Shown: positions 19,213 to 29,300 of the stretch, in pieces | Numbering within the stretch: the first letter of the stretch is position 1 | Layout: each line of letters opens with the position of its first letter | Origin: an uncultured virus (IMG/VR IMGVR_UViG_3300047322_001016) | Lineage: Duplodnaviria; Heunggongvirae; Uroviricota; Caudoviricetes | IMG/VR virus record: IMGVR_UViG_3300047322_001016 | DNA: 64,000 nt | Strand: one strand, 5' to 3' | The notes under the pieces: generated by a model | Databases searched by the model: none | What the model was told of the DNA's origin: nothing | What the model saw: the letters and a program-made list of their open reading frames with translations, nothing else | Translations under genes and position numbers: made by a program

Positions 19213-19932
19213 GTGAGTTACACGTCCGAAGTTCTCACCGATAACCCGCGGGCCTGGTACCGGATGAGAGACCCCAGCCCGAACCTGATCGCGGACTCGT
19301 CGGTGAACGGCCTCAACTGCGAAACGCAATACGGGGTCGGCGGCAACGGAACCGGCGTGTTCGCCTACAGATTCACGTCCCCGATCCGATCAGAACCCGC
19401 CGACGCGGCCATATGGTTCGAGACCAGCGCGATGAGCAAGAACCACAACACGTTGCTCAACCTCGGAGATATATTCACGCTGGAAGCGTGGGTGAAGCGC
19501 CACTCGCTCGGGTCAGGGACCGAAGGCATCATCTCCAAAGAAACCGGCGCCTACTACATGCGTCTCAACAACGGTTCGATCGAACTGCTGAACTCAAACG
19601 TCGCGTCGATCGTGACGTCGACGGCCCGGATCACCGACACCGGCACCTGGCATCACGTCGTCTGCACGAAGAATGGCTCGACCGTGAAGCAATACCTCGA
19701 CCGAGTCGACGTGACGGGCTCTGTCGTGAACTCGACCTGTGGCAACAACACGAACGCTCTCAACATCGGTTCGGACCTCACGAACAGTGACTTCATCGAC
19801 GCGTACCTCGCGGAGGTCGCCGCGTACCCGACGGCCCTGTCCCAGGCGCGCGTGTTCGCTCACTACGACGCTGCTTTTGCCGTTCTTCCCTCCGACACTC
19901 CCGCCATCATCCTAGGCTACGGAGCCTGCTGA
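19213..19932 (+). CDS. LamG-like jelly-roll protein
   Basis: YTSEVLTDNPRAWYRM, FTLEAWVK, WHHVV, EVAAYPTALS motifs; C-term SDTPAIILGYGAC. Confidence 0.8.
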   Translation: MSYTSEVLTDNPRAWYRMRDPSPNLIADSSVNGLNCETQYGVGGNGTGVFAYRFTSPIRSEPADAAIWFETSAMSKNHNTLLNLGDIFTLEAWVKRHSLGSGTEGIISKETGAYYMRLNNGSIELLNSNVASIVTSTARITDTGTWHHVVCTKNGSTVKQYLDRVDVTGSVVNSTCGNNTNALNIGSDLTNSDFIDAYLAEVAAYPTALSQARVFAHYDAAFAVLPSDTPAIILGYGAC

Positions 19933-19947
19933 CCCGGAAGGGACGCC

Positions 19948-21168
19948 ATGACTGATCTTCCCCTGACCAAGATCTCGGAGACGACGAAGACGATCACGCT
20001 CGGCTGGACTCCCGTCGCGTGTGAGGGCTATGAGTTTCTTGCCGGCGGAGTGCGCGTTTCGAACTCGTGGAATTCCGCGCAGTCCCAGGTGAGATTCTCG
20101 AAGGTCGCTTCGGGTAAGTACGCCGTGCGGGCGCTCGGCGTGAGCGCGGAAGGACTTTATCCGCCCGTCGCGCCGCCCCCGCCGCCGGGGTACCCGGCGT
20201 CGTACTTCACGGGCCCGCTCGGCGCTGCGAACTTCGTCCCGAAGAAGCCGGGAGCGTTCCTGATCGAGAACTGGGGCCAGCCAGGCAAACAATGGTCTGA
20301 CGCACAAGCAGCCATCGCTGCCCGAGAGACGTTCATCGGCCGCAAGTTCGACAGCATCCACATCCAATACTGGGCTGGAGGTTCCTATCTTGGTGTTGCC
20401 GGTATCGACGGAGCGGACGTGAACCGCCACGCGGAGCAGTGGGTTCACGACCGCGGTCAGTTCCCGGTCATCACCTGGGCGCCGCCGATGACGATCGACC
20501 AGGTGAACCAGGGTGCCGCCGACCAGGTGTTCGGGGTGGCCGCCGACCTCTGGAAGGCGATGCCGTTCACGATCATGCTGCGCCCGTTTTGGGAGTTCGA
20601 CAACGACGCGGGGTTCCCGTGGTCGTGCGGTCACACAGCCTCGATCGGCGCTCCGTTCGTGGCCGCCTGGCAGCGAATGGTCAACATCTTCAAGCAGCAT
20701 GGCGCCAACAACGTGGGGTTCTTCTGGAATCCGCTCGAGGGCGGAGACCGCGCGGGCGTCAATCAGTCCTACCCCGGAGACGCCTACGTGGACTGGGTCG
20801 GCTCCGACATCTACAACGGCGGCGACGGCAACTGGAACACTCCGCTGCACCAGGGCTGGGCATCGTTCCAGGAGTGCGCCCTCTACCCGAACCCTCCGGG
20901 TGCCTCGCAGTACAGCCTGTGGTCGCCGAAGAAACCGTTCGTGGCCGGGGAAGTCGGATGCACGCCCGACGCACGCAAGGGCGACTGGTTTCGCGCCATT
21001 CCCGCAGCTTTGAAAACCGCGCCTAACTACTGTGGCATCTCGTTCTTCGACCAAGACGTTTCTGGGCTGGAAGGCCCGACCGCGAACTGGTTCGTCGACA
21101 CTTCTACTGACTCGTATGCCGGGTTCAAGCAGATGGCCCTCGATCCGTGGCTCAACACGGGGACATAG
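19948..21168 (+). CDS. FN3-like domain + GH26-like glycoside hydrolase (beta-mannanase family)
   Basis: PVITW, MLRPFWEFD (acid/base), YPGDAYVDWVGSDIYN, KPFVAGEVG (nucleophile). Confidence 0.8.
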   Translation: MTDLPLTKISETTKTITLGWTPVACEGYEFLAGGVRVSNSWNSAQSQVRFSKVASGKYAVRALGVSAEGLYPPVAPPPPPGYPASYFTGPLGAANFVPKKPGAFLIENWGQPGKQWSDAQAAIAARETFIGRKFDSIHIQYWAGGSYLGVAGIDGADVNRHAEQWVHDRGQFPVITWAPPMTIDQVNQGAADQVFGVAADLWKAMPFTIMLRPFWEFDNDAGFPWSCGHTASIGAPFVAAWQRMVNIFKQHGANNVGFFWNPLEGGDRAGVNQSYPGDAYVDWVGSDIYNGGDGNWNTPLHQGWASFQECALYPNPPGASQYSLWSPKKPFVAGEVGCTPDARKGDWFRAIPAALKTAPNYCGISFFDQDVSGLEGPTANWFVDTSTDSYAGFKQMALDPWLNTGT

Positions 21169-21804
21169 ATGGCCGCGCCGTCCACACCGATCCTCGACGA
21201 CTTCTCGGGCACGCTCGGCGGCTGGGTACAGCAGGCGTGGGAGGTCGGCGTTGGGTTTCCCGCCGCCGTGTTCACGATCTCTGCTGGCACGGTTGTCGGT
21301 GGCGCGGGCCTTCAGAACGCGATGGCCTGGAACTCGATATTTCCGTCGGGTGACCTGGAAGCCTACGCCACGATCTCGACACTCGTTGCCGGTGGGGACG
21401 CGCAGATCCGAATCGAGAACAACCGTGGCGCGAACTACGACAGTGTCGACGGGCACGGCTACGTCCTGAGCGTCTACGAGTCCGGAAACAACTACCGGAT
21501 CATCCGTCAGTCCGACGACTCCACGGGCACCGTGATCAAGAGCGGGAACTTCACTCTTGCGAGCGGAGACAAGTTCTGCCTCCAGAGAATCGGAACAACC
21601 TGTTCCTACTGGGCCTTTACGAGCGGGGCTTGGTCGCTGGTCGATTCTGTCGTAGATGCGACCTACACGGACTCTGCGTATGTCGGGCTGTTCAGCTTCG
21701 ACAACGGAATGCACTTCGACGACTTCGGCGGCGGCACCCCACCGGACACGACGCCGCCGCAGGTGATGCTGACGATGGGGATGCTCGGGACGGGACGCTA
21801 CTGA
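21169..21804 (+). CDS. Lectin-like module B
   Basis: N-term APSTPILDDF, C-term FDDFGGG...MGMLGTGRY. Confidence 0.6.
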   Translation: MAAPSTPILDDFSGTLGGWVQQAWEVGVGFPAAVFTISAGTVVGGAGLQNAMAWNSIFPSGDLEAYATISTLVAGGDAQIRIENNRGANYDSVDGHGYVLSVYESGNNYRIIRQSDDSTGTVIKSGNFTLASGDKFCLQRIGTTCSYWAFTSGAWSLVDSVVDATYTDSAYVGLFSFDNGMHFDDFGGGTPPDTTPPQVMLTMGMLGTGRY

Positions 21805-22415
21805 TGGCCTTCCCGACGACACCTGTTCTAGACACGTTCAGCGGGCCGAATGCAGGTCCTCCACCATCAGCCAACTGGACGGGAAATGTCGGCAACGGTT
21901 TGGGGGATACACTCCAAACTTTCTTTGGGAGCTGTATAACGAACACATCTGGGTCGGCCTACTGGAATCGTTCCGTGTTTGGGCCAGATTGCGAGACGTA
22001 TGTCACTGTCTCTAGCTCGGGTGGATCGTATTACCTGTTTGTGAGAGTACAGAATCCAGGGGCCGGTACTTTGGACGGATATGTGTTGTGGTGGTTCGCT
22101 AACGTCGCAAAAATGTTCAGATTTGACAATGAGGTCTCATTCCAACTCGGGTCTGACCAAGCATTGACGCTAGCGGGTAACGATAAACTCGGCCTTGGCA
22201 TGGTTGGAAACACCTTGACCGTTTATGTCTTTAAATCAGGTTCCTGGTCTTCTGTTACGTCAGCCATAGATGCAACCTATCCTGGCGCTGGATATATAGC
22301 AATAGGACTAGGGAATTCAACAGGCTTCATGGATGATTTCGGCGGCGGGACTGTTATATCGCCATTGGCGTCCGACACTCCGAGGCCCCCTATGGGTCGT
22401 GGGGCCACATGGTGA
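21804..22415 (+). CDS. Lectin-like module C
   Basis: N-term FPTTPVLDTF, C-term DDFGGG...SDTPRPPMGRGATW; markedly lower-GC core. Confidence 0.6.
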   Translation: MAFPTTPVLDTFSGPNAGPPPSANWTGNVGNGLGDTLQTFFGSCITNTSGSAYWNRSVFGPDCETYVTVSSSGGSYYLFVRVQNPGAGTLDGYVLWWFANVAKMFRFDNEVSFQLGSDQALTLAGNDKLGLGMVGNTLTVYVFKSGSWSSVTSAIDATYPGAGYIAIGLGNSTGFMDDFGGGTVISPLASDTPRPPMGRGATW

Positions 22416-22446
22416 CGGCGACCGCTTCCCGCAGTACGCTTTCCGC

Positions 22447-22488
22447 ATGAGACTCGTGGCAATCAGTAACTGGCGGCGAAGATCCTGA
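22447..22488 (+). CDS. Putative leaderless 13-aa leader peptide MRLVAISNWRRRS
   Basis: GACCGCT-N8-TACGCT-N6-ATG; its stop overlaps (TGATG) the start of 22488. Confidence 0.4.
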   Translation: MRLVAISNWRRRS

Positions 22489-23144
22489 TGGCACTTCCTT
22501 CCACACCGTTGCTCGACGATTTCTCTAGGCCAAATGAGAGTCCTGTTAGCTGGGGACAAAGATGGCAAGCGATCGACACGTCTTTGGCTGCAGGCCCAAA
22601 CCTGACGTCCAATAGGCTGGTCGACGGATCGTCAGGAACGTGCGGACGCTACTGGTTCGGCCCTGAGCCGTCGGCTGCAGTCTTCGTCGACACGGAGGTA
22701 TGGGCTACTCTTGGCGCAATCGGGTCAGGGCCGGCAAGTAACAGCATTCGTTTGTGGGCGCGGCTCGGCACAGTCGGGGGCACAAACACCTACACCGGCT
22801 ACTTCCTTGATCAGAATCCCAACTCTCATACATTGGGACTTGGGATGGCCATAGGAAATGGTTCGACGTCAGGTTTGGGTAGCCTCACTCAGAACCTCGT
22901 CGCCGGAGACACGATCGTGCTCAGGGTCGTCGGATACACGCTCACGGCTTACGTCATCTCTTCTGGTGTGATCAAGACGGTGTTTTCGGCGGCTGCCACT
23001 CTTTTGGTTCCCCAAGGAAGCATCGGTATTGGACTTTCGATTACTGGGCTAGCAGGTGGCTGGAAGGTGACTAGTTTCGGCGGCGGTACGATCGACTCAC
23101 TCACTCCCGGAACTCATCCTGTCGGGGGCTTTGGGGCAACCTAG
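22488..23144 (+). CDS. Lectin-like module D
   Basis: N-term LPSTPLLDDF, C-term SFGGG...PVGGFGAT; lower GC. Confidence 0.6.
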   Translation: MALPSTPLLDDFSRPNESPVSWGQRWQAIDTSLAAGPNLTSNRLVDGSSGTCGRYWFGPEPSAAVFVDTEVWATLGAIGSGPASNSIRLWARLGTVGGTNTYTGYFLDQNPNSHTLGLGMAIGNGSTSGLGSLTQNLVAGDTIVLRVVGYTLTAYVISSGVIKTVFSAAATLLVPQGSIGIGLSITGLAGGWKVTSFGGGTIDSLTPGTHPVGGFGAT

Positions 23145-23181
23145 GTAGTGGAGTCCGCTTGGCCGTCTAGCATTGACGGCG

Positions 23182-23397
23182 ATGACACGGCTCGTATCTG
23201 TCCGCACTGCTTCCCTCTCGCACCGAGTTCCGTATCGTCGGCTGGGCATGCTGCGTCAGCGGGTGGCGCGAATTCCGGGACATGTGATTCGTCTTCCGCG
23301 GCGCGTCTCGAGAAGGACGTTCGTTCGAGTCGCGATCCGCAGATCTACCAGTAGCGGGAGCTCAGGCGAACCTCACCTAGCTAGCCGGGCCGTCTAA
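23182..23397 (+). CDS. Small Arg-rich ORF abutting the giant gene
   Basis: Follows the promoter motif at 23153; stop directly adjacent to the GTG at 23398. Confidence 0.3.
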   Translation: MTRLVSVRTASLSHRVPYRRLGMLRQRVARIPGHVIRLPRRVSRRTFVRVAIRRSTSSGSSGEPHLASRAV

Positions 23398-26300
23398 GTG
23401 GCCCGGTTCCTCCGCACCGAAACGAACGCGAGCGGCGGCCACTCAAGGCTACGACCGCCGACCGTCGTCCTGGTGCCGCCACTGGCGCCGCCCCTGAGCG
23501 TCAACCTCGCAATCGACGGACGGTCGAGGTCGAGACGAAACCAGATCCAGCGTGGCGCGAAGTCGTTCAGGATCCAGCCGCCACCCGTTGTTGGCGCGGG
23601 CATCGCCTACGGCGGCCCCGGCGTCAGGCTTGCCGAGCCGTGGTCCGCGAATAACCTGAACCGCAGGAAGGCGACATCGGAACTGCGTCCGCCGGCTGTC
23701 GTTCGCCCCGTTGACCAATTCTTCGGTCCTCGGATCCGCTTTGTTGGATCTGCAATTAGGTCCACGGCGTGGTTCACGTCTCGAGCGAAGCCGTTCCTCC
23801 GTTCTCCTGTTCTCGTCTTCGCACCCGCGTTCTACGGCCCCGGCGTTGTCCGGCCCAGGGTCACGAACGTCTCGATCGTCCGTCGCGTCGCTCACTCGCG
23901 GCTTCCGCAAGTCATTCCGCTCACGCCAGCGGTTTTCGTCGCCAGACCGGTCAAGGTCTATCTCACCGACATCGAAGACCGCTCTGCCCACAATGCCCGT
24001 CAGCGCAGGGCTGAATCGAAGCTGTTCCCGCCCGCTGTTGTCGGCGCCGGGATTGCGTTCTCTGGCCCCAGGAAGAAGATCTCTCGTACCCCACCGCGGA
24101 AGACACGCTCGTTCCTGCGCCCGCCAACGCGCGTATCCCCGGTACTAGCACCCCCGATCACGATCAATCTGGTCGGTCGCAACCGTCTGATCCGGGCACG
24201 CAAGACCGACTCTGTTCTTTTCCCGCCGATCATTCCGACGACGACGTTCGTTGCGGTCCCGATTGCAACCACGCTTGTCGGGCGCAATCGCCTTCTCCGC
24301 GCACGCAAGACCGATTCTCTGCTGCGGCCGCCCGAGTCGGCGTTCCAGTGTCTCGTCACCCGTTATGTCAGCCGCCAGTTCCTGGCTCCGCCCGCGTATC
24401 TGCCGGGAGGAAACGGGTTCGCCGGCGGCACCGCGGTCTTTTTCTCGGATGCGTTCAACCGCGTAACAGCGAACGGCTGGGGAACCGCCGACGTCGGCGG
24501 AGCCTGGACGGTAACGACAGGGACAGCATCCTTCGACTCGACTGACGGCTCGGTCGCCAAGATCGTCCCGGGTTCGGTTGCGACACAGCGGCTGCGGCTC
24601 GCGGCGGTCAGCGCCAGCGACGTCGACGTCTACGGCGAGATCACGTTCTCCGCCACGGCGGCGACCTCGAACGGTGAGTTCGCCTGCGAGGCCCGGTACA
24701 CGGATACCAACAACACTCTCCGCTTCCGGGTCATCCAGTCGACCTCCGGGAACATCGTCGTCGCGGTCGACGAGGTTGTTGGTGGCGTGGCGACCGAGAT
24801 CGCGGTGGCGACCCCGGCGTTCACTTCGTACATCGCCGGCGAGACGATCTCGTTCAGGGCCAGGGCGGTTGGCCATGCCGTCTCGATGGTGGCGTGGCGC
24901 AAGGGCACATCCGAACCTGCGGCACAGACCACGGCGAACACGGCGATCGTCATCGCGGGGGCCGTCGCCGCCCGCTACATCGCGGCGGGGAACTTCCCGA
25001 ATCTGACGCTCGACAATCTCGTCGGGGTCGCTCCTGGTGGTTGCGCGGAGGGTGGCGGGCTCGAGCTTCCTCCGCCTGTCCGTGACCGCCGGCCTGCCGT
25101 TCGTTCGTTCCTGCGCCCGCCGACCGCTGTCGCGTCCTCGTTTGTCGCATCACCGATCGCGGTCAACCTCGTTGGCCGGAACCGGCTTGTCCGGGCGCGT
25201 AAGACCGACTCAACGCTGTTCCCGCCGATCCTTCCGCCTGACGCAGGCAGGATCCGGGGCTCGCTCACCAAGCCGCGCGACACGGCGCCGCGGACAAGGT
25301 CGTTCCTCCTTCCCCCGGTCCTCGCTGTCTCGACGGTCTTCGCACGGCCGATTGACGTTGCTCTTGCTCGGATCAAGCCTGGGCGCACCGCCTACTTCCT
25401 GCGCGGCGCTGTTGTTATCACCCCGGCTGCGCTCGCGAGCCCGATCAAGGTCGCACTTGCGCCGCAGAAGCGCGGGGCGCCGAAGTCGAAGCTTCCGCAG
25501 GTTGTCTATGCCGCCCAGGTTTACCCGGGCATTGAGGGCTTCCTCGCCAAGCGCAAGCACGTCAACCCGCGGACAAGGTCGTTCCTGCGGCCGCCCGAGT
25601 CGGCGTTCCAGTGTCTCGTCACCCGTTATGTCAGCCGCCAGTTCCTTAACCCACCGGCGTACATGCCGGGCGGCAACGGGCTTCCGAGTGGCGACCCGAC
25701 AACGTATGCGCTCGACAACTTCAGCCGCGTCACTACAAACGGCTGGGGAACCGCCGATGTAGGTGGAACCTGGAACAACACCGGGTCGCGTTGGAGCACG
25801 GACGGAACGCGTGCTCTCTTCACGGTTTCGGACGGATCCGCCGTCGTTGAGGGTTCGAGCCTTACCGGCGTAGGGACGCTTGGGAACGATTTCGAGGCCG
25901 CGTTCCGGTGGACGTTCAACGAAGCGTGGGCCGGAAATCTCAATCGCATCAACATGGGTTGGGCTGGCTTCTTCGTTCGCCTTGAGAACACCACGAACGA
26001 CCGGGTAGCAGCGGGGATCTTCGATGCGGTCGGCAACGCTATCACCGGAGGGTCGCTTGTTTGGCCTGATGGCTCTCCCGATTACGGGCACCTTTGGTGG
26101 CTGAAGTTCCGCCAGTCTGCCGGACGTCTCTATGTGAAGGCATGGAAAGACGGTTTGTCGGAGCCAGCCAATTGGCTGCTCGAAGTTGCTGCTCCGTACA
26201 CGAATCTCAACAACGGTGCCGCCTTTAGCTTCGAGAAGTTCTCGACCGTCCCGAACACGTTCATCATCGATTCGTTCTCGTTGGTGTCGCTCGACGGTTG

Positions 26301-29300
26301 CGCGGCTGGCGGCGGACTCGAGCTTCCTCCGCCTGTTCGCGACCGTCGTCCCGCCGTTCATTCGTTCCTGCGTCCGCCGACAGCCACTCAGGTTCAGGTC
26401 GTCTACTACGGGCCGAAGACCCCGCTTGTTCGGGTCAGGCCGCAGGCAACACACAGCGTTTTGCGGCGCCCTGCCGTTGTCGGCCCTGTTCTCGCCCCGC
26501 CGATCGAAGAGCGCATTGCCGTTCAGCTCACCCGCGCCGAGCTCGAGCGGAAGACGATCTCGCGGCTGTCCAAGCCGGTCGTTGTTGACGCATTCCGAAT
26601 CCCGGTTGTCAAGGTCTCACTGGTTCGGATCCGTCCGGTCAGGACGAACCCGGAGCTGCGGCCGCCGACCGTCATCGACCTTCGTCCGCAGACGTACTTC
26701 GTCGACGTTCACCTTGCCTACTCGAAGCGCGGCGCCCCGAAGTCGGTTCTGCGTCCGGCGATCATCCCGCTGCTCGCCCCGCCGGTCGACGCGGAAGTCG
26801 CCGTCCAGCTCACGCGGGCTCGGCTCGAGCGGCGCCTGGCGCTGTCCCATCTTTCGCCCCCGGCGGTCATCGACAACTCGCCGCAGGTCTTCTATCTCGC
26901 AACGTGGCTGACGTACTCGCTGCGCGGGAAGCCGAAGTCGTTCCTTGGCAAGCCAACCGATCTCGTTGACCAGCAGGATCTCGGGTTCGTTCACGCACAT
27001 CTGGCGTACTCGCGCCGCGGCCGTCCCGTCTTCAGGCTGCAGCCGCCCGCGGTTGTCGGCCCGGTTCTCGCCCGCGCGATCTTCGTCCATCTTGCTCCGT
27101 CTAGCCATGGCATTCCCAAGTCGATCCTGCGCGAGCCGACCGTCGTCGCCCCGGTGTTGGCCAGCCCGATCAGGGTCACGCTCGACCGGATCAAGCCAGC
27201 CCACACGATCGCGCGGCTGTTCCCGCCCGCCGTCGTCACCGGACATACCCCCGAAGACGTTTCCGTCGACGTCACTCTTGCTCCGCAGCGCCGCGGCCAG
27301 CCGAAGTCGGCCCTGCGCGCCCCGACGGTTGTCGCTCCCGTCCTGGCAAAGCCGATTGGTGTTGCGCTCGTCAGGATCAAGCCGCAGCCGACAACCACGT
27401 ATCTGTTCCCGCCGGTCGTTGTTTACCTGGCCGTCGAGCTCAGCGGCCCCGAGACGAGCCTGGCGCCTTCCCGCCGCGGCGTCCCGAAGAGCGTTCTGTT
27501 CCCGCCGATCCACCCGGAGAGCTTCCCGCCCGTCCACGAAGTAATCGCCGTTCAGCTAACCGAGTCGTCGCTGATCCGGCATCAGCCGAAGTCGCGTCTG
27601 TTCCCGCCGACCGTCGTGTTCACGGCCGTCGAGCTGAGCGGCCCGGACGTCACTCTCTCCCCGCAGAAGCGCGGCGTCCCGAAGTCGAAGCTCGCCGCCC
27701 CGACCGTCGTCGCGCCGGTTCTCGCGCGTGCGATCCAGGTTTCGCTTGTTCGGATCAAGCCGGTCAAGACGCATCCGGCGCTGTCCCCGCCGGTCATCCC
27801 GCCGCTGCCGCGTCCCGTCGAAAGCGAGCTTTCCGTCCAGCTCACCCGGGCTGCGCTGGAACGCCACACGATCTCCAGGCTCGGCGCCCCGACGGTCGTC
27901 GACACGTTCCGCATCCCGGTCGTTTCGACGCGTCTCGTCAGGATCCGCCCCGCTCTTACACACTCGGCTCTGCGTCCTCCGACGGTCATCGACAACAGCC
28001 CGCAGGTCTTCTACCTGACAGTCGGGCTTGCGCCATCGAAGCGTGGCGTTCCGAAGTCGCATCTGCTCCCCGCGATCATCCCGCCGCTCGCCCCGCCCGT
28101 CGACGCCGAGATCGCGGTTCAGCTCACCGAAGCAACGCTGATCCGCCGCGCTTCGATGTGGCGCCTGTCGCCGCCGACGGTGGTTTACACCGCCGTCGAG
28201 CTGAGCGGCCCCGAAACAACGGTCGCTCCCAGCTCACGCGGCAAGGCCAAGTACTTCCTCCGCCCGATGGGCTCGCCGGCTGTCGTCTACGCGCCGCTCG
28301 AGGTTCGTCTTGCTCCCTCAACGAAGCTGCCGCGGGCACCCCACGCCAAGCTGTTCCCGCCGACCGTCATCGACAACCGGCCGCAGACCTACTACCTCAC
28401 GGTCGCTCTCGCGTACTCGCTCCGCGGTAAGCCGAAGCCGCATCTCTTCCCGCCCCCGACGATCCAGGCCACCCCGAAGGCAGAGACCGTCGTTGCCGTC
28501 ACCCTGGCCTACTCGCTCCGCGGGAAGCCGAAGCCCCGGCTCAACCCGCCGACCGTCGTCACCGCGGCCACCCCGTACCTCCGGGCGATCGACACAACCC
28601 TGGTTCGGATCCGCCCCGTTCGCACCCTGGCGATCCTCGGGAAGCCAACCGACACCGTCGGACTCGAAGACCAGGGCCGCGTCGCAACCCATCTCGCCTA
28701 CTCGCGCCGTGGCCGTCCGCTGTCGATTCTCCGCCAGCCGACCGTCGTCAGCCCAGTCCTGGCGCGTCCCGTCCTGGAAGGTTTGTCCGTTCAGCTCACC
28801 CGCGTCGAGCGGGAACGCAAGACAATGTCGCGGCTGTCCCCGCCGACGGCCGTCGACACGTTCCGGATCCCGGTTGTCGAGGTCAGGCTCGCGAGGATCC
28901 GGCCTGTCCCGACGCACCCGGAGCTTCGCCCGCCAGCCGTAATCGACCTGACACCACAGGTTTACTACCTGACGCTGTCGCTCGCGTACTCGCTCCGCGG
29001 CACACCGAAGTCCGAGCTGAAGCCTCCGGCCGACACAGTCGGGATCGAAGACCAGGGCCGCGTAAACGTCCACCTGGCCTATTCGCTGCGCGGCACTCCC
29101 AAGTCGCGCCTGGCAGCGCCGACCGTCGTCGCCCCGGTTCTGGCACGGCCGATCGACGTTGCCCTCGTTCGGATCACGCCGCCGCCGGTCGTTTCCCGGT
29201 TGGCGCCGCCGGTTCCGCCGGAGACATTCCCGCCCGTCCGTGAAGAAATCACGGTTCAGCTTGCGCTCGCCGAGATCCGGCAGCGCAAGACCACATCGCG

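Noticed and set aside
24322..26381. Diversity-generating retroelement or invertase shufflon explanation for the repeats
   Set aside because: Repeats are direct, the left pair is identical, there is no adenine-specific mismatch pattern, and no reverse transcriptase or recombinase is visible in the window
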